The notes beneath the pieces were generated by a model that was given only the letters and a program-made list of their open reading frames with translations, ran no database searches and was not told the DNA's origin. Made by a program: the position numbers and the translations under genes. A DNA stretch of 64,000 nucleotides, taken from positions 84,198,001 to 84,262,000 of the forward strand of contig CM052817.1 of assembly GCA_028534125.1 (NCBI GenBank), given 5' to 3'. Positions 24,640 to 37,100 of this stretch are shown here, piece by piece. The first letter of the stretch is position 1; every line of letters starts with the position of its first letter. This DNA is from Lama glama. Its lineage: Eukaryota.

Positions 24640-25710
24640 ATGGCTGCTGGAAAGAATTAATACATATTTAATTGAGGTTGGAGTTGTTAAAAGATTTTTT
24701 TAATTAAAATCAAAATTCTCACACAAATATGAAATGAACAAATGCCAAAGACTTTATTGAACTCTTTCATTAATGAGGAAACAATAAGATGTTACAACCA
24801 GTTTAAAGGGAAAATATGAAGAATAAACACTTATATACAGGCAATAAGAACGAGAAAATGAAATTGCTAATAGATGTATAAACTTCATAGGCCAACAAAA
24901 TGTTTAATTGTTGGAATCTTCTGCAAGGGAAAATCAAATGTATTTCTCTACAAGACAAAATTTACATCTCTGTGGACAATGACTTGCATGACTGTCAGTT
25001 TTCTACAATTTACTGAGTTGTGAAGTAGCCTAGTCAAAGACAGCAAAAGGAACAGACCCCTGTAAAATCAGATAATCCGCAAAGGTGTTCTGGACAATGC
25101 CTAGCTTTCCACTGAAGGGATACCCAGCAATCTTTTGCCCATTTCAAAGACTTTCACAAATTTCCTAACAGATTCATAAATAAAAATGTATATATCAAGT
25201 ACAGCAACCAGGCGAGGTGATTTCTTGAGTAGATTCTTTAAAACAGTAATGATGTTCACAGAGAATCTCAGCTAGCCAGCTACAACTCTCCTGCTGTATT
25301 TCCCTTTTCTCCTAAATTGTCTCTTTATTTTAAACCATCATCATGGAGGATTTGGTACTGGAGGAAGGTAGAAAACTTGAACATTGTGTCCAACAAAGTG
25401 TGACTTAAGAAAAGTGCATAACTATCACATCCTTCTTGGGGTGGTTTACTCCTGACACTTTCAAACCACCTACAGAAAGCTGATTACTTGCCTATCTGTT
25501 GCCTGCAATGTAGTCTCAAAATCAGGCCAGCTAATGGTGGTTTCTCAGCATACTTCAAATTCATTAAATTGCACTGATATTTGCTGTGTCCAACTTTATG
25601 AGAAAAATATTGGCCAGTGGACAGTTTATTGGTCTCGAAAGCTCATTCTCTCTTCCTCCCAGTTTTAATAGCCGAGGCCATAACTGGGGTGTAAAATGTA
25701 ACCCCTGAAG
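24640..25710. mobile_element. Old hAT-Tip100-like DNA transposon remnant (Arthur/MER69-like)
   Basis: Shares a subterminal block (ctttattgaactctttcattaatgaggaaac) with the element at 31.2-32.3 kb; family name from recall. Confidence 0.45.
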
Positions 25711-26759
25711 TAATTTTCACGTGCTAACTCTTCCCAGGCTTCGGACTTCAGACTCTAGACATGCTTGGGGCATTGTTCTGTCCTACTGGCTCAGACCTTC
25801 AATTGTGCCAGTCAGTACCTGTTCCTTCCCACTCACCTGGATCTTCTCTTCATACCAGGAGCCAGATAATTTCAGGATCACAGTGTTAGAGCCTCCAGGA
25901 ATTTTCCTTGTTTTAGGGGCAAGGGATCATGACCACCGGCAGCCAAATATCAAAATCCATGCCCAGTAGGAATGATTATCTAAACAAAAGTGAGCAGGAG
26001 ATACTAAAACTTCAAATGGCAGGCTAGGAACAGCCTACTGGAAATAATTCCTAAGTGAAAGTGCAGTGAGATACTATCACCCTGAAAAAATTAGAAAATA
26101 CTTAGTATTTACTTACTTTGCTTTAAACAAACTAAAATATCCAATGTCAATGAGGGTGTGGTTAGTAGATGTGCACTTTGGTAAAGACATTTGGTAAATT
26201 AAATGGCTCCATGATCAAGAGCCTTAGAATTTCCTACCTCTGGATCCACCAAGTCTTTGGGGATAATTCAAAAAATAGTGAAAAGTTCATGCACAAAAAT
26301 TTTAGTATTTTTTATAACAACAAGAAATTGAAAGCAGCCTAAATTTAACAATAAAGATTGATAATAGTCATTTGTGTGTGTTTTGAAATAAAATATGGGC
26401 ATTTAAATAATGATTATTAAGAGCTTAAAAACACAGGAAAATGTATGATAATGGGATTTTTTAAAGTTTTTACTGTGGAAAGATATCAAACAGATAAAAA
26501 AGTAGAGAAACTAGCATGACAAACCCTCATGTAACCATCACACTGCTTAACAGTTACCAATACAGAGACATTTATTTCATTTACCCCATTCATTTTCCTT
26601 CCCAGATTATTTGAAGCCAATCTGAGACATTGTATCATTTCATATGAAAATGTTTCAGCATATACTTCTAAAAGAATTATTTAAAAAAAAACACTTGCCA
26701 TCTAAAATATTAATAATATACCCATCAGAAAATAGAGCATTAAAAAAAATGTTCCAAAC

Positions 26760-29560
26760 AAAAACCCACAATTATTATATTTGTTTCATCAGTTCTTTTG
26801 ATTTTGTATAATTAACTCTTGTTCCATTGGATCTTGGATTAGCAATCTGAGTTCACAAAGTTACCAGCTTCAGGACCAAAAAACAAGTCCTAGAATTCCT
26901 GGTACTGTCTGAAAGTTGTCTAAAGGCTGTCATGTCAGAAGCCTGTATTCCGGGTCCATACTTTGAAGTATCAATAGTTAGGTGTACACAGTACAATCTT
27001 TTTCTCCGAGTCTGTAAGAATTTTTTGTTAAAGATTTGATCTCTGGCTTGTAACTTAGAGCAGAGCCTTCAGGCAAGCATGAGGTAAAAGCAGAAAGGAC
27101 CTCTAAGAATGAATGGGTGTAGTTAATTTATTATATCAACTAGCAATATCAGAATGGAGAACAGAACTGTCTAATGAGTGCATGTTTCATAAAGATATGA
27201 TCAATGTTTTCTCTGAGGATAAGAACATAGTATGGACAGCAAGGGCAATGCCAAATCTTAAGGACCTCCCTGTAAATTGTACCAACCCTGAAATATTTTT
27301 ATTAATGACATTTTACCTTTACAAACTTACCTTGGGAAAGGCTGAGCATCCCTTCTGATTGGACAACTCTACCTGGGCTACTCTTACAATAATATTAAGC
27401 TTATTAAAAAGTATTATGCTATCCAACAAACCTAATTATTTCTAACATTCTCTCTTTATAAGGTAAAAGAACAAAATCTTTGTGATTTTCCAGAGGTTCT
27501 TTGAGAATCTCCAAGGTAGTTTTCAGTATAGAGACAATCTGAGAATTTTATATTTTCTGAATTTAGGGTCTGGATTTAGGAAGGCAAAAGCAACAGATTT
27601 AATAGAGGAGACTTGGTCCATGATTAAAATAGGATCATGGGTGTTTGAGAAAAAAAGTTTAGTTACCTAATCATTAAAGCAACCATATAATATTTAAAAT
27701 AGACATAGAAGTAGGTAAAAAGATTTTAAGCAATGCTGACTCTTTCAGGTGTGAAGACACTTTGTTCTTTGTTTCTAAAAAATAATCACAGGATAAAATC
27801 AACACAAAATACAGAAAATTATTCTGGTGCAATATAAATCTCTACTATCTGAATGGATTAGACAAAATATAAGTAATAACTGCTTATTACCCCTTGTTAA
27901 AAGCCCTAATGCACATCTAACATTTTAATAGAGAGAAAGCCAAATTCTGTTTTTGCATTAATTCAATAGTTGGCAATAAAGAATTCCAAGTTCCTTAAAA
28001 AAATTATCTTTTGAATAAACCCATCAAAACAGAGAACTCTGCCAAAATTTTGACATATTTTATTGCTTCTTTTTAGAAAACCGTCACAAATATAGTTAAT
28101 TTCAGTAAACCTTCTATAATTTTCTATCTCCATTCAAGGTTTGTCTTTCCTTATCCTATTTCAAGTTCTGAAACAGATGTTTTCCTTTAGAACAAAACCA
28201 CTCATGTTTTCTTTGAAAAACCAAATTCCTTTATTTTACAAATATTATTGTTCTTGTCTTTAGCACTGCTTACACCATTGTCACTATTGTTCTTAGTTTA
28301 TGGTCTTACTACTCATATTAACTATATAACTTTTAAACAAACTAACCTCCATCTCACAGAGAAAACGGGAGATGTGTAATTGATAAAGTGTTATTTACAT
28401 GCATACATTTGTTCATTAACACGATCCAAAAGCATGCTACTCCATAGCATGGTAATAAGAAATGAAGATATATATACATATATATACTATGTTTAGTAAT
28501 CAGTGTTTTAGCAGTCTATCTTAGGTAAGAAATTATTTCAGTATCCAAAGATTATCCATTAATTAAATTGATTTAGTATTAGTCTGATATTTTAAAGTTA
28601 AGAATATTAGAAATTATATTTCAGCTAACATACTATAGAACATAGTGATTATTCTTACCAAAAGGTTGTCAAAATTATAATTCAACTTCGTTAGACACAT
28701 AATTTTACATTTTTCATAATCCTTAATATTTTTAAGTAGTAATTCAAAATTATTTCATCAACAAACCAGCAGAGGAAGTTGAGGAAGCTCAGAAACAAAG
28801 CTTAGATCTTCTAAAAAATAAAATGTACAAATGTAGTATACTTACTACTAAAATTAGGAGAAAAAGACATAGTTTTTTAAAACCAAAATTATAAACCGAT
28901 TTATCCAAAGAGTCACCTTAATTGTGTAAATTTAATTATTATGAATTATGCATATATATTTATATTGTCATATAAAATGCTTCTCAGCACTTTCTGAAAG
29001 AATGTTTTTGCTAAAAGGCTAGAACATTTAGAGTATTCTAATATTTAGTTCCTTTATCTTCTAGGAATTCTGGAAATATTAGATTTATGTAAGCATACTA
29101 TAAGTATAAATAATTGACTTACTTTATAGGTCAATTAGAACAGAATTCTTTTAATTTAAGACCTTATAATCTAATTTATTAATACCTTCCAAAGGTGAGA
29201 AAATATTTCACACACACAATGAGAGATAAAAGCTTTTCTTAGTTACAGAAAACTGCCTGGTTTCAGCTCTGTAACCTCAGCTACGGGTCAGGAATAAACT
29301 CAGAAACAAAAACCTCACCAGTCCAGTTCTCAAGGAGATGTTTTCCTTTCTAGTGGGCACAAATTGTTTTCTTAATTGATTTGAGCTCACAGTAGATAAA
29401 CAGCCAAACAAAAAGACTGACAAACTGGATTAGCTGTCGTCTCTCACCAATAGAAAAATAGATCCCTATTGTCCACCTGACAGAGAAGATCAAGTGATCA
29501 GATCATAAAACCAAATTTTCCATAATAATCAGCCATGTGCATTATCAGAATTATATATAT
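26760..29560 (-). mobile_element. ERV1 MER4-group-like internal sequence (non-coding)
   Basis: AT-rich and colinear with the internal region at 60.3-62.9 kb (e.g. aaacctaattatt...aaaagaacaaaa.ctttg.gattttc..gagg). Confidence 0.65.
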
Positions 29561-29703
29561 TAACTATGGAGTTGAGACCCACCTAGCAGTCCTGGATCTG
29601 GCTTTACAACAAGACATGGCCCAACCCACAAGTTTTGCAAGGATGCTTTCTAGATTATGCAGTTGAGACCTGACTACTGGTTAGAGATAAGACATGGACT
29701 TAC

Positions 29704-30235
29704 CAGTGCCTGGACCTAGCTGTGAAAAGACACATATAGGTTTTTTACCAAATTCAAGTTCGTGAGCCTGACACACAACTGAGGTAAAACAAACCAAAAC
29801 ATCGGAGTTTGGAGCAGAGAAAAGTTTATTGAAGGGCTGAGCAAGGAGAATGGGTGGCTCATGCTCAAAATACCCCAAACTCCCTGAAGGGTTTCAGCAA
29901 AGCATTTTTAAAAGCCAGGTGAGGGATAGGGGCTGAAGGGTATGTGATCAGCTTGTACACAATTCTCTGATTGGTTGATGTTGGGGTAATAGAGTGGGTA
30001 ACACTTTCAACCCTTTGCTGCCCATAGGTCTGAGGGCTCATGATCATCAGGTAGTTAATTTCTTCCATTTGGTGGTGGTTTTAGCATCTGTAAGACAACT
30101 CAGGAAGTGTGCATTAGATACCATTATCTAGACACTTCAGAGAGGAGCCACGGCAGAGGATATGGGAGAGGTATCTGTCCTGGGAAGGCCCTGTAGGGTC
30201 CTGCTTGGTTACAGGTTCATATACTGCAGCTCTCC
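29704..30235 (-). pseudogene. 57-nt pseudo-exon split by an ERV1 LTR
   Basis: tgcttgttttag| at 30236-30237, then 22 nt, the LTR, 35 nt and ctg|gtaagtc at 29703. The rejoined length is a multiple of 3. Confidence 0.55.
29743..30213 (-). mobile_element. ERV1 solo LTR with 4-bp TSD GGTT
   Basis: Minus strand starts TGTAACC, AATAAA near 29825, GGTT at 29739-29742 and 30214-30217. Confidence 0.85.
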
Positions 30236-31169
30236 CTAAAACAAGCACTAGTGTGTAGCATTGGCCTATCTCTGTGGTGTGAATTTTCCTATAATTGCTG
30301 CTTTCAATTGTGTTACCAATGTCACAAATGCAGAATTGGTGTATGTATTTTGTTCTCACACACCAGTATAATCTGCTCCAGGACACAACTGTGCTTAACT
30401 TAAGTTAATCAAAACAGACAGACTAGCAGACTTGGCTCAGAACTGAAACAAAAACAAAAATACAAAATCAGAAAAAAAGGAAGAAGAGCTTTAGAAATGC
30501 AAAGTTAGTCACTTGGCATTCACTCTGGAAGAGAAACAAAGACATGCTTAAGTTTAATCAGACCTTGAGGTACACGTCTAAGGCCTTGAAGTTTAATGGC
30601 ACCAGCAGGTAAGTCCACTTGAATATCTCAGTGGATCTTCCAGAATGGCCCCAGTACTTAGCATTTCACAAGGTAGCTTGTTCTATTTGTGAACAATCCT
30701 CATAGTCAGAAAACTTTTATTTATACTCAGCCAAAATTCTATTTTCCTATAACTTCTAACCAAAGAGCTTAGTCATGCTCTTGGGAATGCACAAAATAAA
30801 TCTAATCCTTCCTTTATTCAGTGAACTTTCAATATTGATTACAATTATCTTAGGATTTTAGTTCTGGTCCAACTCATTCATTTTACAGATAAAGAATCTG
30901 AGACCTAGAAAGGGTAATGACTTTTCCTCAATTCATACAGCCCTGTGATTTGTCACATTTGATACAATCAGAGATGAAACTTAAAAACTGTCACAACACT
31001 TCCCTCTTCAGTCTTTGTTCCTTAGTTGTATTAATATTTCATCTAACATGCTTTCAAGACATCTCATCTTAGCTGCCCTCTTCTTGTTTAGACAATGTCA
31101 GTCTAAAAATGAGGTACCAAGAACATAATCAAATGCCACAGGTGTCAGCTGATTAGTTCAGGGAACAGT

Positions 31170-32321
31170 GTACATTCTGAATTTTTGAGTTATTAATATT
31201 TTCTTAACCATTTGGACTACTGTTTCACTTTTAAACTCGTGTTCTTGTCAAATATAATTTTCAACAGTTAAAAATATGACTGTCATAGAGATAAAGAAAG
31301 AACATAGGTCAAAAATTTATTCAACTTATTAATGAAGGAAATAGAAGATAATAAACCTGGTTTTAAAACTATTTGAGAAACTAGGAAATATATAGCCCAT
31401 CAAGAAAGGCACATTGCAATAAGTTTTTTTAAGTTAGAAAAAAATACCAATACCCTGTAAGTCAATAAATCGTGACTTTTGAGATTATCTTTTACACCAA
31501 AGAGAAATCATCTGCATCTCTATCAGGTAAAAACCTACAAATTAACATCTACTTTCATAGTGTTTGGGCTCTAATTGATAATAAGTAACAAAACCGAACA
31601 AGGTCACTCTCCTAGAAAATTGCAAAGTCCTTAAGTGTGCCTCTTGAGCAATGTCCCAGTATGACATTAAAAGGACGTATAATCCTCTCTTTTGCTTATC
31701 TTCAAGTATCATAGAACATTTCTTAACATATCTTTATATGAACCGTTGTTTTGCCAGCCTCCTACAACCTGTTAAAGTATAACAAGACAGGACTTCACAT
31801 TTGTTTATGTGAAGTTATTTCTGTCTGTTTTTCTAGTTTATCTTCCTCCCCATTGCAGAATTCTTTTCAGTAGTGTCCATGGTAAATGATGGTCAATGTT
31901 GAGGAACTCTGCATGGCAAGGTAGCTCAATTTATTGTTAGAAACTCTTGTTCTTAGTGAGGTCTTGCTTATACTGGCAGAAATATGCTTCCCTGTAATTT
32001 TTACCCACTGGAGATTTGGATTAAAGGGTAGACAAACCAGGCAGCTCCTGAGCATTAATTTAAAGAAGGGTGTTAAAATATCCTTAAGCTCAGTTCTTAA
32101 AGAATGCCTGTTAACACACACCACTCTTCACATAACTGAGGTCATGTAAACTGGTCCTACTGTATGGAATCAGACAGTGCTGTCAAGGGGAAATTTTAAA
32201 ACGTTATTCATTATCTACACAAAGCGATCTCTGCTGAGTATTTTTGAGAGACCAACGTGTGATTAGCACAAGGCAGCAAAGGACTAGTCCCCATACTTCC
32301 ACACTTGCCCCCTGGCGCCTG
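31170..32321 (-). mobile_element. hAT DNA transposon remnant with a transposase C-terminal dimerisation-domain trace
   Basis: ORF 31867..32124 contains KTSLRTRVSNNKLSYLAMQS, like the hAT KTxLRSTMSxxRLxxLAxLS motif. Confidence 0.6.
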
Positions 32322-33267
32322 ACAATATGGCCATCTGAAATTCCAAAACCCAATAAAACCATGAGATGTGCTAGGAATGAGTGATTTATTTTATTTTCTA
32401 AATTATAAACCCTTTATTAGGCCATAATTTTCCCACTGAGATGATTATAAAATAACCTAAGATTATATATAATACAGTAAGTATTGAATAAGAGAAGGAT
32501 ATGTATGCCAACATAAAAGTCAGATAGAGGAACTCAAATAAATGTGAGCAGGATATTTAATGCTACCCTTGTAAATCACCTCTAGTCTTACTTAGAGAGT
32601 GTAAGTGGCTTGTGCTATCCAATTGTGAGTTATATAAAAGCTGGAAAAATATTTCAAGAAGTTGAAGGTATATTGTTATGTAACCACATTAATAAATCCT
32701 TTATTTTGAGCATAAAGAGCTATACATTTTGTTAACAACAACAAAAAAGGGTTCTTTCTACCTTTGCTAGATACACGTTTAACAAATATTAAAGGAATAC
32801 AGATATGCATCGCTACCAAATTATGAGCCCTCATGTCTCATTCTAGCTCTGCTGATTGGCTCCAGCTCTAGCACCTGGAGCCCTGCAAAATAAGTTTAAT
32901 CCAGTTCCCATAAGACTGACCTTCAAATACTTGAGAAGTTACCCCATCCTCCTGCAGTCTTGTCTTCAGATTAAATAAGTGTGCCCCTCCTTGGGAATGG
33001 CTTCAAAACTGGTCATTTTCATGTTTACCTTCCTCCAGAGGCTTTCTAATTTGCCAGGGTATCCAAATGTGACTCCCAGTATAAAACACAGCATAACAAA
33101 TGTCTGGTGCCACTTTTATATCAGGCGGTTATCAACCTGCTTTGTTAACTCTGTGTTAAAAACAAGGGAAATGTAATGAAAATAAACATCCCACATCCCT
33201 TCAATGGAGTGGCCTAGCCTCTTAAACTTCCTGGAGCAATTGAGAGTTCTCACTGAGCTTAGGGGCT

Positions 33268-34353
33268 CTCAGTCAGGGTCCATTCAAGAGACAGAAACCA
33301 CATCTATTATTTGAAGAGAGAAGATTTAATACAAAGGACTGTTGGCAAGGTAGTAAGTTGTTTACCAGGTAACTGAAAGGTAAAGAAGAATTGTAAAGCA
33401 TTACAAAGCAGTAACTCTACGAAGCTGCCCTTATCCTGTGTTAGCCTGCTGCGTGGTAGATACTGAGACAGGAATGAACCTGCAAGGATTTTATTAGAGG
33501 AGATGCCTGTGTAAAGGAAACCCAGAGGGAGCAGGGAAGGCTGAGATGCAAATGTAACTAGGGTGAAGGAGAAAGGGCCATAAAATCTGAGGAAGTTTCT
33601 GCAAAGCCACAGGAAAGTTATTGAGCCAAAGAGGCCAGTCAGAGGTGTCTCCCAGGAAACAGGCCCAGTTTTCTGGCGTGCTCAGTCAGTATGGTCAATT
33701 AAGTTCAGGTTTGTCAGATAAAATATAGGACATCCAATTACATTTGAATTTCAGGTAAACAATGAAAATTTTAGTATAAGTATATCCCAAATACTGTATA
33801 GGTTATACTTACATTAAAAAGTGATTTGTTGTTCAAATTTAACTGGCATCCATCCTATATTTTAATTGTGAAGTCTCTCATCCCTAATTATACTCCTTAT
33901 GAGGGGCATTCTTTGGCTGCCACATATTCTTGGGGCTAGGAGAAGAAAGGCTAGAGGTTGGAATTATTAAAACTTCAAAACTTAAAAGAAAATCTTGAGA
34001 AGGTGAAACTCAGACATCTAAGAAAGGGTCCCCACCAGCTGGGTGGACATAAAACTGGTTCTACAGCTATTAGAAAACTACAAAGTGGATTCACCTGCTA
34101 CTAGGGGAGGGAACTGCTGCTTTGGAAATGAAGAAGTGTTGCTGGACAGGTCCACAGGCAGACAGGAAGCCAACAGGAGGCAAAGAGCAAACAGGAAGAA
34201 GCAAGTCCCTTCTTCCTCCTCTGGCCTTTGTAGTCTCCCTCAGCACCTGCTATTGGCAGAACCTAATGTGGAGGCACTGGCAAACCAGAAATTCAGAGCA
34301 GAATATCAAAACCTGGGTTTGGAATTTAAAGTAAAAATTTAGCAACTGGCACA
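33268..34353. mobile_element. Nested old LTRs (LTR78-like host with an ERVL LTR16/33-like insert)
   Basis: cagtcagggtccattcaagagacagaaaccaca start; second LTR-like block at 33440-33690. Names from recall. Confidence 0.5.
33706..33885. mobile_element. MER33 (hAT-Charlie)
   Basis: cagataaaatataggacatccaatttacatttgaatttcag...ttcaaatttaactggcatcc. Confidence 0.8.
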
Positions 34354-34467
34354 AATGCAGAAGATTACCAAAGACCACACCCAGTTAATAAAATGCTGGA
34401 AAATGATTAGCTATTGGTCGCTTGTGATTTCAACATGACTCCAGGCTTACAGATTCCATAGTTTGTT

Positions 34468-34966
34468 GGTAATGAAGTTTGGAACATGCTCCCCCAAAGT
34501 ATGGCACCTGGGCATATTTAATATTTTAAGCTGAAGGAATTTGAGAAACAGCAGGTGTTTCAAAGGACTCCTTGATCTTTTCCTTGAAGCAGGTCATAAG
34601 ACCCTCATGTGAGGGGTGCCCTCTCCATACCCAGAGGAAAGGAGCATCCTTATCTCCAAAGACAGGGGGACACTTGAAGGTATCTGAACAAACAGGCTTT
34701 GCTAAATGTCCCCTCATTTACCACCCATAGCTTATACCCTTTGTCCTGTCACATTTTTCCATAACTTTCTACTCTTTATCAAACCTAGTATACAATGTTC
34801 AGGTTTAACCTATTCTTCAAGTCTTCATTTCCATATGAAGCCTCTTGTGTCATGTAAAACTTAAATAAATGTGTATGCTTTTTTAAAAAAAAAAATCAGT
34901 CTTTTGTTATAAAGTCCCAGTCGAGAACCTAGAAGAGTAGAAAGAAAAAGACATTTTTCCTCCCCT
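34468..34966 (+). mobile_element. ERV1 solo LTR, MER34-family-like
   Basis: gaacatgctcccccaaagtatggcacctgggcatatt...ttttaagctgaaggaatttgagaa; ends tttttcctccccta. Confidence 0.75.
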
Positions 34967-35902
34967 ATGTTCTTTTACAGAAAGATGCTGGTCATCAATT
35001 CCTATCCACCATTTCAGACGGATTATACTAACAGCCAACATGACTAGAGAGGGATTTGCTTTGCTTTTGAAATTCTCTTCTTGAAAAAACAAATGAGTTA
35101 GGACCTCAAGCCCATTATGAAGATTGTCAGAGGGACAGGAGAGAATACACAGTCTTGTGTTACATAGAGAATAGTAACAAATCCAAAAGATTCCAGTAAG
35201 CCTTATCACCAAGGAAAACAGGTATTACTAACCTCAAGCTGTCAGTTGACTCTCATCCCTTAGGAAATGGAAGACCTTATGGAGTAGCACAGAACATTAA
35301 GGAAGAGGATGTGTCGTACTTGTGTATGCTTTACAGACCACACGTGGGATAGGGTTGCTGATGACTGACCTCAATCCAGAATATAATGAATAATCTTTGA
35401 AAGTTTTTCAGTGAAAAGGTGATATAGTCAGATCTGTACCTCAGAAGAGAATCTTGCCAGAAGGCAAAAGATGAAGACTTACAGACTAATTCACCCAAGA
35501 GGTAATGAGGCCCTAAACTAAGCTAGTCCCTTGGAGCTAACACACATCCAAAACTGAAGCAATTTCTCCAAGACAGAAAAAGAACTTTAAAGGAGATAAA
35601 AAGTGTAAAATATTTAATGAGTAATAGGGGAATTGTGTCTGGCTTTCAATTTTCTTAACTTTTTTTGGCATTCCTGCTCTATTCACATCCTTGTATTCAC
35701 ATGCAAATAATGCGTATCAACCTTTCAAATGTGAACAGATGGAAAGAAAAGTAGGAGCATTTTGGGTGGGATTTATGTGATTCAAATGAATGAGAATAAA
35801 ATGTAAATAGCTGAATAAAATAATTCTCTGATTGTATAGTAATTGTTATTTTCATTTCAAGAGTTTCAAAAATAGAACAGTAGCCTCTGCTAATTGCTTC
35901 CT

Positions 35903-36437
35903 ATATTAGTTATCTATTATTGCATAACAAATTTACCCAAAACTTAGTAGCTTAAAACAACAATAAACATTTATTATCTCTGGCAGTTTCTGTGGGTCGG
36001 GAATTCTGGAAGAGTTTAGCTGGGTGGGTCTGGCTTGGGGGTCTCTTAGGAGCCTGAAGTTAAGATATTAACTTCTGGCTGTGGTTGTCTGGAAGCTGGA
36101 TGGGGCTGGAGGATCCCCTTTCATGATGGTTCACAAATGTGACTTGGTTCTAGGGGGTGGTCTTCATATAAACCTCTCTCAGGGCTGCTTCAGTGTTCTC
36201 ATGACACGGCAAGCTGACTTCCCCCCAAACAAGTGATCCAAGGGAGTGACAGTCAGGCAGAAGCAATTGTTTTTAATGACTTAGTCTTGGACGCCACAGA
36301 GTATCACTTCTACTCCACTCGAGTCATCAGAAGCGGTTCACTGAGTCCTGCTCACATTCAAGGGGAGGCAATTAGGTTCCACTTTTTGAAAAAAGATGTG
36401 TTGAAGATTTTGTGGACATATTTTAAAAACACCACAC
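35903..36437 (-). mobile_element. MLT1F-like LTR
   Basis: tattagttatctattattgcataacaaa...ttttaaaaacaccaca. Confidence 0.8.
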
Positions 36438-36439
36438 TT

Positions 36440-36584
36440 CTTAAAATGGGTCTTGGTATTTTGTGCTCTGAACAAAGTTCCGAACTCTTTGAACAGCTTC
36501 ACAAAAGCAAATGACCTAGGGATTGATATCCCAGTTCTTTGCTCAACAACAGCTTGTCAGTTTGCTCTGAGATGTCTAAGAGTT
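36440..36584 (-). pseudogene. Pseudo-exon (ELLDISEQTDKLLLSKELGYQSLG.../EAVQRVRNFV), 3' side abuts an MLT1 LTR
   Basis: Polypyrimidine ...ctatgactacag| acceptor; RGS helix 6-7-like pattern with a frameshift. Confidence 0.45.
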
Positions 36585-37100
36585 CTGTAGTCATAGATGA
36601 GAAAAGTGCAAATGTGTAATCCAAAGGGGGAAAAGAGTCCTAAAAGTCCAAACCACTGTCGTTTCATCATTTGAATTATTCTCCTTGAATTTCCATTGAA
36701 AGGACAGTTTTTGAAATTCAAGCTTCAGTGTTAGAGGAATGGAAAAGCCCTAACTAGTTCCTAGGGGTATAAGCTGTAAGTGATGGAATTACAACAATTT
36801 GATACTTATTAGAAATCACAAAGAATGTTCCTACCTGGAAAACTGAAACGTCATTACAGCTAAACAAGAAACATTTCTGCATTTATGTTGTAGTCCATTT
36901 GGGCCACTAGAACAAAATAGCACAGACTAGGTGGCTTATAAACAATAGACCTTTATTTCTCACAGTCCTGAAGGCTGGGAAATCTAAGATCAAGTTGTTG
37001 GCAGGTTGCATTTCTGGTGACAGCTTGCTTCCCAGACAGCTGTCTTTTTACTGTAACCTCACAAGCTGGGAGGGGTGAGGGACCTCTCTGCGGTGTCCTT

